64,000 bases of DNA, taken from NCBI RefSeq assembly GCF_009914755.1, contig NC_060926.1; one strand, written 5' to 3'. A program made the translations under genes and the position numbers. How positions within the stretch are numbered: position 1 is the first letter of the stretch; every line of letters begins with the position of its first letter. Source of the stretch: the human T2T-CHM13v2.0 reference genome, Homo sapiens. The notes below the pieces were generated by a model. It was given only the letters and a program-made list of their open reading frames with translations, ran no database searches and was not told the DNA's origin. Shown piece by piece: positions 1 to 11,200 of the stretch.

Positions 1-47
1 ACTCTTTTTGTAATATCTGCAAGAGGATATTTGGATAGCTTTGAGGA

Positions 48-64
48 TTTCGTTGGAAACGGGA
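48..64 (+). promoter_or_regulatory. CENP-B box (first of roughly 190; recurs about every 340 bp)
   Basis: TTTCGTTGGAAACGGGA matches the consensus YTTCGTTGGAARCGGGA, including the essential nTTCGnnnnAnnCGGGn bases. The count is estimated from window length. Confidence 0.97.
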
Positions 65-214
65 TTAATTATAAAAAGCAGACAGCATCATTCCCAGAAT
101 CTTGTTTGTGATGTTTGCATTCAAGTAACAGATTTGAACATTCCCTTTCAGAGAGCAGGTTTGAAACACTCTTTTTATAGTATCTGGATGTGGACATTTG
201 GAGCGCTTTCAGGC

Positions 215-231
215 CTATGGTGAAAAAGGAA
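215..231 (+). promoter_or_regulatory. pJ-alpha-type (A-box) site, representative; occupies the box position in monomers a and c
   Basis: CTATGGTGAAAAAGGAA lies at the position homologous to the CENP-B box in alternate monomers. Confidence 0.8.
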
Positions 232-418
232 ATATCTTCTCCTGAAAACTAGACAGAAGCATTCTCAGAATCTTATTTGTGATGTGCGCCCTCAACTAAC
301 AGTGTTGAAGCTTTCTTTTGATAGAGCAGTTTTGAAACACTCTTTTCGTAAAATCTGCAAGAGGATATTTGGATAGCTTTGAGGATTTCGTTGGAAACGG
401 GATTGTCTTCATATAAAC

Positions 419-1097
419 TCTAGACAGAAGCATTCTCAGAAGCTTCATTGGGATGTTTCAATTGAAGTCACAGTGTTGAACAGTCCCTTTCATAGAGCAG
501 GTTTGAAACACTCTTTTTGTAGTATCTGGAAGTGGACATTTGGAACGCTCTCAGGACTGCGTTGAAAAAGGAAATATCTTCCAATAAAAGCTAGATAGAA
601 GCAATGTCAGAAACTTTTTCATGATGTATCTACTCAGCTAACAGAGTTGAACCTTCCTTTGAGAGAGCAGTTTTGAAACACTCTTTTTGTGGAATCTGCA
701 AGTGGATATTTGTCTAGCTTTGAGGATTTCGTTGGAAACGGGATTACATATAAAAAGCAGACAGCAGCATTCCCAGAAACTTCTTTGTGTTGTTTGCATT
801 CAAGTCACAGAGTTGAACATTCCCTTTCATAGAGCAGGTTTGAAACACTCTTTTTGTAGTATCTGGATGTGGACATTTGCAGCGCTTTCAGGCCTAAGGT
901 GAAAAAGGAAATATCTTCCCCTGAAAACTAGACAGAAGCATTCTCAGAAACTTATTTGTGATGTGCGCCCTCAACTAACAGTGTTGAAGCTTTCTTTTGA
1001 TAGAGCAGTTTTGAAACACTCTTTTTGTAATATCTGCAAGAGGATATTTGGATAGCTTTGAGGAATTCGTTGGAAACGGGATTGTCTTCATATAAAC
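419..1097 (+). repeat. Representative canonical 4-mer HOR (monomers a-b-c-d), XbaI to XbaI, 679 bp
   Basis: TCTAGA at 419 and 1098. Four distinguishable monomers lie between them; b and d carry CENP-B boxes, a and c carry pJ-alpha-like sites. Confidence 0.93.
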
Positions 1098-4000
1098 TCT
1101 AGACAGAAGCATTCTCAGAAGCTTCATTGGGATGTTTCAATTGAAGTTGCAGTGTTGAACAGTCCCTTTCATAGAGCAGGTTTGAAACACTCTTTTTGTA
1201 GTATCTGGATGTGGACATTTGGAGCGCTTTCAGGCCTATGGTTTAAAAGGAAATATCTTCCCCTGAAAACTAGACAGAAGCATTCTCAGAAACTTATTTG
1301 TGATGTGCGCCCTCAACTAAGAGTGTTGAAGCATTCTTTTGATAGAGCAGTTTTGAAACACTCTTTTTGTGGAATCTGCAAGTGGATATTTGTCTAGCTT
1401 TGAGGATTTCGTTGGAAACGGGATTACATATAAAAAGCAGACAGCAGCATTCCCAGAAACTTCTTTGTGATGTTTGCATTCACGTCACAGAGTTGAACAT
1501 TCCCTTTCATAGAGCAGGTTTGAAACACTCTTTTTGTAGTATCTGGATGTGGACATTTGGAGCGCTTTCAGGCCTATGGTGAAAAAGGAAATATCTTCCC
1601 CTGAAAACTAGACAGAAGCATTCTCAGAAACTTATTTGTGATGTGCGCCCTCAACTAACAGTGTTGAAGCTTTCTTTTGATAGAGCAGTTTTGAAACACT
1701 CTTTTTGTAATATCTGCAAGAGGATATTTGTCTAGCTTTGAGGATTTCGTTGGAAACGGGATTACATATAAAAAGCAGACAGCAGCATTCCCAGAATCTT
1801 GTTTGTGATGTTTGCATTCAAGTCACAGAGTTGAACATTCCCTTTCAGAGAGCAGGTTTGAAACACTCTTTTTATAGTATCTGGATGTGGACATTTGGAG
1901 CGCTTTCAGGCCTATGGTGAAAAAGGAAATATCTTCTCCTGAAAACTAGACAGAAGCATTCTCAGAATCTTATTTGTGATGTGCGCCCTCAACTAACAGT
2001 GTTGAAGCTTTCTTTTGATAGAGCAGTTTTGAAACACTCTTTTCGTAAAATCTGCAAGAGGATATTTGGATAGCTTTGAGGATTTCGTTGGAAACGGGAT
2101 TGTCTTCATATAAACTCTAGACAGAAGCATTCTCAGAAGCTTCATTGGGATGTTTCAATTGAAGTCACAGTGTTGAACAGTCCCTTTCATAGAGCAGGTT
2201 TGAAACACTCTTTTTGTAGTATCTGGAAGTGGACATTTGGAACGCTCTCAGGACTGCGTTGAAAAAGGAAATATCTTCCAATAAAAGCTAGATAGAAGCA
2301 ATGTCAGAAACTTTTTCATGATGTATCTACTCAGCTAACAGAGTTGAACCTTCATTTGAGAGAGCAGTTTTCAAACACTCGTTTTGTGGAATCTGCAAGT
2401 GGATATTTGTCTAGCTTTGAGGATTTCGTTGGAAACGGGATTACATATAAAAAGCAGACAGCAGCATTCCCAGAAACTTCTTTGTGATGTTTGCATTCAA
2501 GTCACAGAGTTGAAGATTCCCTTTCATAGAGCAGGTTTGAAACACTCTTTTTGTAGTATCTGGATGTGGACATTTGCAGCGCTTTCAGGCCTAAGGTGAA
2601 AAAGGAAATATCTTCCCCTGAAAACTAGACAGAAGCATTCTCAGAAACTTATTTGTGATGTGCGCCCTCAACTAACAGTGTTGAAGCTTTCTTTTGATAG
2701 AGCAGTTTTGAAACACTCTTTTTGTAATATCTGCAAGAGGATATTTGGATAGCTTTGAGGATTTCGTTGGAAACGGGATTGTCTTCATATAAACTCTAGA
2801 CAGAAGCATTCTCAGAAGCTTCATTGGGATGTTTCAATTGAAGTTACAGTGTTGAACAGTCCCTTTCATAGAGCAGGTTTGAAACACTCTTTTTGTAGTA
2901 TCTGGATGTGGACATTTGGAGCGCTTTCAGGCCTATGGTTTAAAAGGAAATATCTTCCCCTGAAAACTAGACAGAAGCATTCTCAGAAACTTATTTGTGA
3001 TGTGCGCCCTCAACTAACGGTGTTGAACCTTTCTTTTGATACAGCAGTTTTGAAACACTCTTTTTGTAATATCTGCAAGAGGATATTTGGATAGCTTTGA
3101 TGATTTCGTTGGAAACGGGATTAATTATAAAAAGCCGACAGCAGCATTCCCAGAATCTTGTTTGTGATGTTTGCATTCAAGTCACAGAGTTGAACATTCC
3201 CTTTCAGAGAGCAGGTTTGAAACACTCTTTTTATAGTATCTGGATGTGGACATTTGGAGCGCTTTCAGGCCTATGGTGAAAAAGGAAATATCTTCTCCTG
3301 AAAACTAGACAGAAGCTTTCTCAGAATCTTATTTGTGATGTGCGCCCTCAACTAACAGTGTTGAAGCTTTCTTTTGATAGAGCAGTTTTGAAACCCTCTT
3401 TTCGTAAAATCTGCAAGAGGATATTTTGATAGCTTTGAGGATTTCGTTGGAAACGGGATTGTCTTCATATAAACTCTAGACAGAAGCATTCTCAGAAGCT
3501 TCATTGGGATGTTTCAATTAAAGTCACAGTGTTGAACAGTCCCTTTCATAGAGCAGGTTTGAAACACTCTTTTTGTAGTATCTGGAAGTGGACATTTGGA
3601 GCGCTCTCAGGACTGCGGTGAAAAAGGAAATATCTTCCAATAAAAGCTAGATAGAAGCAATGTCAGAAACTTTTTCATGATGTATCTACTCAGCTAACAG
3701 AGTTGAACCTTCCTTTGAGAGAGCAGTTTTGAAACACTCTTTTTGTGGAATCTGCAAGTGGATATTTGTCTAGCTTTGAGGATTTCGTTGGAAACGGGTT
3801 ACATATAAAAAGCAGACAGCAGCATTCCCAGAAACTTCTTTGTGTTGTTTGCATTCAAGTCACAGAGTTGAACATTCCCTTTCATAGAGCAGGTTTGAAA
3901 CACTCTTTTTGTAGTATCTGGATGTGGACATTTGCAGCGCTTTCAGGCCTAAGGTGAAAAAGGAAATATCTTCCCCTGAAAACTAGACAGAAGCATTCTC

Positions 4001-6871
4001 AGAAACTTATTTGTGATGTGCGCCCTCAACTAACAGTGTTGAAGCTTTCTTTTGATAGAGCAGTTTTGAAACACTCTTTTTGTAAAATCTGCAAGAGGAT
4101 ATTTGGATAGCTTTGAGGATTTCGTTGGAAACGGGATTGTCTTCATATAAACTCTAGACAGAAGCATTCTCAGAAGCTTCATTGGGATGTTTCAATTGAA
4201 GTCACAGTGTTGAACAGTCCCTTTCATAGAGCAGGTTTGAAACACTCTTTTTGTATTATCTGGAAGTGGACATTAGGAACGCTCTCAGGACTGCGTTGAA
4301 AAAGGAAATATCTTCCAATAAAAGCTAGATAGAAGCAATGTCAGAAACTTTTTCATGATGTATCTACTCAGCTAACAGAGTTGAACCTTCATTTGAGAGA
4401 GCAGTTTTGAAACACTCGTTTTGTGGAATCTGCAAGTGGATATTTGTCTAGCTTTGAGGATTTCGTTGGAAACGGGATTACATATAAAAAGCAGACAGCA
4501 GCATTCCCAGAAACTTCTTTGTGATGTTTGCATTCAAGTCACAGAGTTGAACATTCCCTTTCATAGAGCAGGTTTGAAACACTCTTTTTGTAGTATCTGG
4601 ATGTGGACATTTGCAGCGCTTTCAGGCATAAGGTGAAAAAGGAAATATCTTCCCCTGAAAACTAGACAGAAGCATTCTCAGAAACTTATTTGTGATGTGC
4701 GCCCTCAACTAACAGTGTTGAAGCTTTCTTTTGATAGAGCAGTTTTGAAACACTCTTTTTGTAATATCTGCAAGAGGATATTTGGATAGCTTTGAGGATT
4801 TCGTTGGAAACGGGATTGTCTTCATATAAACTCTAGACAGAAGCATTCCCAGAAGCTTCATTGGGATGTTTCAATTGATGTCACAGTGTTGAACAGTTCC
4901 TTTCATAGAACAGGTTTGAAACACTCTTTTTGTAGTATCTGGAAGTGGACATTTGGAGCGCTCTCAGGACTATGGTGAAAAAGGAAATATCTTCCAATAA
5001 AAGCTACATAGAAGCAATGTCAGAAACTTTTTCATGATGTATCTACTCAGCTAACAGAGTTGAACCTTTCCTTTGAGAGAGCAGTTTTGAAACACTCTTT
5101 TTGTGGAATCTGCAAGTGGATATTTGTCTAGCTTTGAGGATTTCGTTGGAAACGGGATTACATATAAAAAGCAGACAGCAGCATTCCCAGTAACTTCTTT
5201 GTGATGTTTGCATTCAAGTCACAGAGTTGAACATTCCCTTTCATAGAGCAGGTTTGAAACACTCTTTTTGTAGTATCTGGATGTGGACATTTGGAGCGCT
5301 TTCAGGCCTAGGGTGAAAAAGGAAATATCTTCCCCTGAAAACTAGACAGAAGCATTCTCAGAAACTTATTTGTGATGTGCGCCCTCAACTAACAGTGTTG
5401 AACCTTTCTTTTGATAGAGCAGTTTTGAAACACTCTTTTTGTAATATCTGCAAGAGGATATTTGGATAGCTTTGAGGATTTCGTTGGAAACGGGATTGTC
5501 TTCATATAAACTCTAGACAGAAGCATTCTCAGAAGCGTCATTGGGATGTTTCAATTGAAGTCACAGTGTTGAACAGTCCCTTTCATAGAGCAGGTTTGAA
5601 ACACTCCTTTTGTAGTATCTGGATGTGGACATTTGGAGCGCTTTCAGGCCTATGGTTTAAAAGGAAATATCTTCCCCTGAAAACTAGACAGAAGCATTCT
5701 CAGAAACTTATTTGTGATGTGCGCCCTCAACTAACAGTGTTGAAGCATTCTTTTGATAGAGCAGTTTTGAAACACTCTTTTTGTGGAATCTGCAAGTGGA
5801 TATTTGTCTAGCTTTGAGGATTTCGTTGGAAACGGGATTACATATAAAAAGCAGACAGCAGCATTCCCAGAAACTTCTTTGTGATGTTTGCATTCAAGTC
5901 ACAGAGTTGAACATTCCCTTTCATAGAGCAGGTTTGAAACACTCTTTTTGTAGTATCTGGATGTGGACATTTGGAGCGCTTTCAGGCCTATGGTGAAAAA
6001 GGAAATATCTTCCCCTGAAAACTAGACAGAAGCATTCTCAGAAACTTATTTGTGATGTGCGCCCTCAACTAACAGTGTTGAACCTTTCTTTTGATAGAGC
6101 AGTTTTGAAACACTCTTTTTGTAATATCTGCAAGAGGATATTTGGATAGCTTTGAGGATTTCGTTGGAAACGGGTTTGTCTTCATATAAACTCTAGACAG
6201 AAGCATTCTCAGAAGCTTCATTGGGATGTTTCAATTGAAGTCACAGTGTTGAACAGTCCCTTTCATAGAGCAGGTTTGAAACACTCTTTTTGTAGTATCT
6301 GGAAGTGGACATTTGGAGAGATCTCAGGAATACGGTGATAAAGGAAATATCTTCCAATAAAAGCTAGATAGAAGCAATGTCAGAAACTTTTTCATGATGT
6401 ATCTACTCAGCTAACAGAGTTGAACCTTTCTTTTGAGAGAGCAGTTTTGAAACACTCTTTTTGTGGAATCTGCAAGTGGATATTTGTCTAGCTTTGAGGA
6501 TTTCGTTGGAAACGGGATTACATATAAAAAGCAGACAGCAGCATTCCCAGAAACTTCTTTGTGATGTTTGCATTCAAGTCACAGAGTTGAACATTCCCTT
6601 TCATAGAGCAGGTTTGAAACACTCTTTTTGTAGTATCTGGATGTGGACATTTGGAGCGCTTTCAGGCCTATGGTGAAAAAGGAAATATCTTCCCCAGAAA
6701 ACTAGACAGAAGCATTCTCAGAAACTTATTTGTGATGTGCGCCCTCAACTAACAGTGTTTAACCTTTCTTTTGATAGAGCAGTTTTGAAACACTCTTTTT
6801 GTAATATCTGCAGGAGGATATTTGGATAGCTTTGAGGATTTCGTTGGAAACGGGATTGTCTTCATATAAAC

Positions 6872-8227
6872 TCTAGACAGAAGCATTCTCAGAAGCTTCA
6901 TTGGGAAGTTTCAATTGAAGTCACAGTGTTGAACAGTTCCTTTCATAGAACAGGTTTCAAACACTCTTTTTGTAGTATCTGGAAGTGGACATTTGGAGCG
7001 CTCTCAGGACTACGGTGAAAAAGGAAATATCTTCCAATAAAAGCTACATAGAAGCAATGTCAGAAACTTTTTCATGATGTATCTACTCAGCTAACAGAGT
7101 TGAACCTTTCTTTTGAGAGAGCAGTTTTGAAACACTCTTTTGGTGGAATCTGCAAGTGGATATTTGTCTAGCTTTGAGGATTTCGTTGGAAACGGGATTA
7201 CATATAAAAAGCAGACAGCAGCATTCCCAGTAACTTCTTTGTGATGTTTGCATTCAAGTCAGAGAGTTGAACATTCCCTTTCATAGAGCAGGTTTGTAAC
7301 ACTCTTTTTGAAGTATCTGGATGTGGACATTTGGAGCGCTTTCAGGCCTAAGGTGAAAAAGGAAATATCTTCCCCTGAAAACTAGACAGAAGCATTCTCA
7401 GAAACTTATTTGTGATGTGCGCCCTCAACTAACGGTGTTGAACCTTTCTTTTGATAGAGCAGTTTTGAAACACTCTTTTTGTAATATCTGCAAGAGGATA
7501 TTTGGATAGCTTTGATGATTTCGTTGGAAACGGGATTAATTATAAAAAGCCGACAGCAGCATTCCCAGAATCTTGTTTGTGATGTTTGCATTCAAGTCAC
7601 AGAGTTGAACATTCCCTTTCAGAGAGCAGGTTTGAAACACTCTTTTTATAGTATCTGGATGTGGACATTTGGAGCGCTTTCAGGCCTATGGTGAAAAAGG
7701 AAATATCTTCCCCTGAAAACTAGACAGAAGCATTCTCAGAAACTTATTTGTGATGTGCGCCCTCAACTAACGGTGTTGAACCTTTCTTTTGATAGAGCAG
7801 TTTTGAAACACTCTTTTTGTAATATCTGCAAGAGGATATTTGGATAGCTTTGATGATTTCGTTGGAAACGGGATTAATTATAAAAAGCCGACAGCAGCAT
7901 TCCCAGAATCTTGTTTGTGATGTTTGCATTCAAGTCACAGAGTTGAACATTCCCTTTCAGAGAGCAGGTTTGAAACACTCTTTTTATAGTATCTGGATGT
8001 GGACATTTGGAGCGCTTTCAGGCCTATGGTGAAAAAGGAAATATCTTCTCCTGAAAACTAGACAGAAGCTTTCTCAGAATCTTATTTGTGATGTGCGCCC
8101 TCAACTAACAGTGTTGAAGCTTTCTTTTGATAGAGCAGTTTTGAAACACTCTTTTCGTAAAATCTGCAAGAGGATATTTTGATAGCTTTGAGGATTTCGT
8201 TGGAAACGGGATTGTCTTCATATAAAC
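6872..8227 (+). repeat. 8-mer HOR variant (1356 bp) containing a tandem 338 bp dimer duplication
   Basis: XbaI sites at 6872 and 8228. Identical ORF pairs 7406/7744 and 7512/7850 are offset by 338. Confidence 0.9.
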
Positions 8228-11200
8228 TCTAGACAGAAGCATTCTCAGAAGCTTCATTGGGATGTTTCAATTGAAGTCACAGTGTTGAACAGTCCCTTTC
8301 ATAGAGCAGGTTTGAAACACTCTTTTTGTAGTATCTGGAAGTGGACATTTGGAGAGATCTCAGGAATACGGTGATAAAGGAAATATCTTCCAATAAAAGC
8401 TAGATAGAAGCAATGTCAGAAACTTTTTCATGATGTATCTACTCAGCTAACAGAGTTGAACCTTTCTTTTGAGAGAGCAGTTTTGAAACACTCTTTTTGT
8501 GGAATCTGCAAGTGGATATTTGTCTAGCTTTGAGGATTTCGTTGGAAACGGGATTACATATAAAAAGCAGACAGCAGCATTCCCAGTAACTTCTTTGTGA
8601 TGTTTGCATTCAAGTCACAGAGTTGAACATTCCCTTTCATAGAGCAGGTTTGAAACACTTTTTTTGTAGTATCTGGATGTGGACATTTGGAGCGCTTTCA
8701 GGCCTATGGTGAAAAAGGAAATATCTTCCAATAAAAGCTACATAGAAGCAATGTCAGAAACTTTTTCATGATGTATCTACTCAGCTAACAGAGTTGAACC
8801 TTTCTTTTGAGAGAGCAGTTTTGAAACACTCTTTTTGTGGAATCTGGAAGTGGATATTTGTCTAGCTTTGAGGATTTCGTTGGAAACGGGATTACATATA
8901 AAAAGCAGACAGCAGCATTCCCAGTAACTTCTTTGTGATGTTTGCATTCAAGTCACAGAGTTGAACATTCCCTTTCATAGAGCAGGTTTGAAACACTCTT
9001 TTTGTAGTATCTGGATGTGGACATTTGGAGCGCTTTCAGGCCTATGGTGAAAAAGGAAATATCTTCCCCAGAAAACTAGACAGAAGCATTCTCAGAATCT
9101 TATTTGTGATGTGCGCCCTCAACTAACAGTGTTGAAGCTTTCTTTTGATAGAGCAGTTTTGAAACACACTTTTCGTAAAATCTGCAAGAGGATATTTTGA
9201 TAGCTTTGAGGATTTCGTTGGAAACGGGATTGTCTTCATATAAACTCTAGACAGAAGCATTCTCAGAAGCTTCATTGGGATGTTTCAATTAAAGTCACAG
9301 TGTTGAACAGTCCCTTTCATAGAGCAGGTTTGAAACACTCTTTTTGTAGTATCTGGAAGTGGACATTTGGAGCGCTCTCAGGACTGCGGTGAAAAAGGAA
9401 ATATCTTCCAATAAAAGCTAGATAGAAGCAATGTCAGAAACTTTTTCATGATGTATCTACTCAGCTAACAGAGTTGAACCTTCCTTTGAGAGAGCAGTTT
9501 TGAAACACTCTTTTTGTGGAATCTGCAAGTGGATATTTGTCTAGCTTTGAGGATTTCGTTGGAAACGGGTTACATATAAAAAGCAGACAGCAGCATTCCC
9601 AGAAACTTCTTTGTGTTGTTTGCATTCAAGTCACAGAGTTGAACATTCCCTTTCATAGAGCAGGTTTGAAACACTCTTTTTGTAGTATCTGGATGTGGAC
9701 ATTTGCAGCGCTTTCAGGCCTAAGGTGAAAAAGGAAATATCTTCCCCTGAAAACTAGACAGAAGCATTCTCAGAAACTTATTTGTGATGTGCGCCCTCAA
9801 CTAACAGTGTTGAAGCTTTCTTTTGATAGAGCAGTTTTGAAACACTCTTTTTGTAAAATCTGCAAGAGGATATTTGGATAGCTTTGAGGATTTCGTTGGA
9901 AACGGGATTGTCTTCATATAAACTCTAGACAGAAGCATTCTCAGAAGCTTCATTGGGATGTTTCAATTCAAGTCACAGTGTTGAACAGTCCTTTCATAGA
10001 GCAGGTTTGAAACACTCTTTTTGTAGTATCTGGAAGTGGACATTTGGAACGCTCTCAGGACTGCGGTGAAAAAGGAAATATCTTCCAATAAAAGCTAGAT
10101 AGAAGCAATGTCAGAAACTTTTTCATGATGTATCTACTCAGCTAACAGAGTTGAACCTTCATTTGAGAGAGCAGTTTTGAAACACTCGTTTTGTGGAATC
10201 TGCAAGTGGATATTTGTCTAGCTTTGAGGATTTCGTTGGAAACGGGATTACATATAAAAAGCAGACAGCAGCATTCCCAGAAACTTCTTTGTGATGTTTG
10301 CATTCAAGTCACAGAGTTGAACATTCCCTTTCATAGAGCAGGTTTGAAACACTCTTTTTGTAGTATCTGGATGTGGACATTTGCAGCGCTTTCAGGCATA
10401 AGGTGAAAAAGGAAATATCTTCCCCTGAAAACTAGACAGAAGCATTCTCAGAAACTTATTTGTGATGTGCGCCCTCAACTAACAGTGTTGAAGCTTTCTT
10501 TTGATAGAGCAGTTTTGAAACACACTTTTTGTAATATCTGCAAGAGGATATTTGGATAGCTTTGAGGATTTCGTTGGAAACGGGATTAATTATAAAAAGC
10601 AGACAGCAGCATTCCCAGAATCTTGTTTGTGATGTTTGCATTCAAGTCACAGAGTTGAACATTCCCTTTCAGAGAGCAGGTTTGAAACACTCTTTTTATA
10701 GTATCTGGATGTGGACATTTGGAGCGCTTTCAGGCCTATGGTGAAAAAGGAAATATCTTCTCCTGAAAACTAGACAGAAGCATTCTCAGAATCTTATTGG
10801 TGATGTGCGCCCTCAACTAACAGTGTTGAAGCTTTCTTTTGATAGAGCAGTTTTGAAACACTCTTTTCGTAAAATCTGCAAGAGGATATTTGGATAGCTT
10901 TGAGGATTTCGTTGGAAACGGGATTGTCTTCATATAAACTCTAGACAGAAGCATTCTCAGAAGCTTCATTGGGATGTTTCAATTGAAGTCACAGTGTTGA
11001 AGAGTCCCTTTCATAGAGCAGGTTTGAAACACTCTTTTTGTAGTATCTGGAAGTGGACATTAGGAACGCTCTCAGGACTGCGTTGAAAAAGGAAATATCT
11101 TCCAATAAAAGCTAGATAGAAGCAATGTCAGAAACTTTTTCATGATGTATCTACTCAGCTAACAGAGTTGAACCTTCATTTGAGAGAGCAGTTTTGAAAC

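Noticed and set aside
581-590. AATAAA polyadenylation-like and TATAAA TATA-like motifs
   Set aside because: They are fixed parts of the monomer consensus, repeated in every HOR, and the sequence gives no evidence of use.
3783-3800. Box variants ending GGGT, beginning ATTCG, or reading TTCGAT (40944) treated as inactive
   Set aside because: The changes fall outside the nine essential CENP-B positions, so I did not count them as disrupted.
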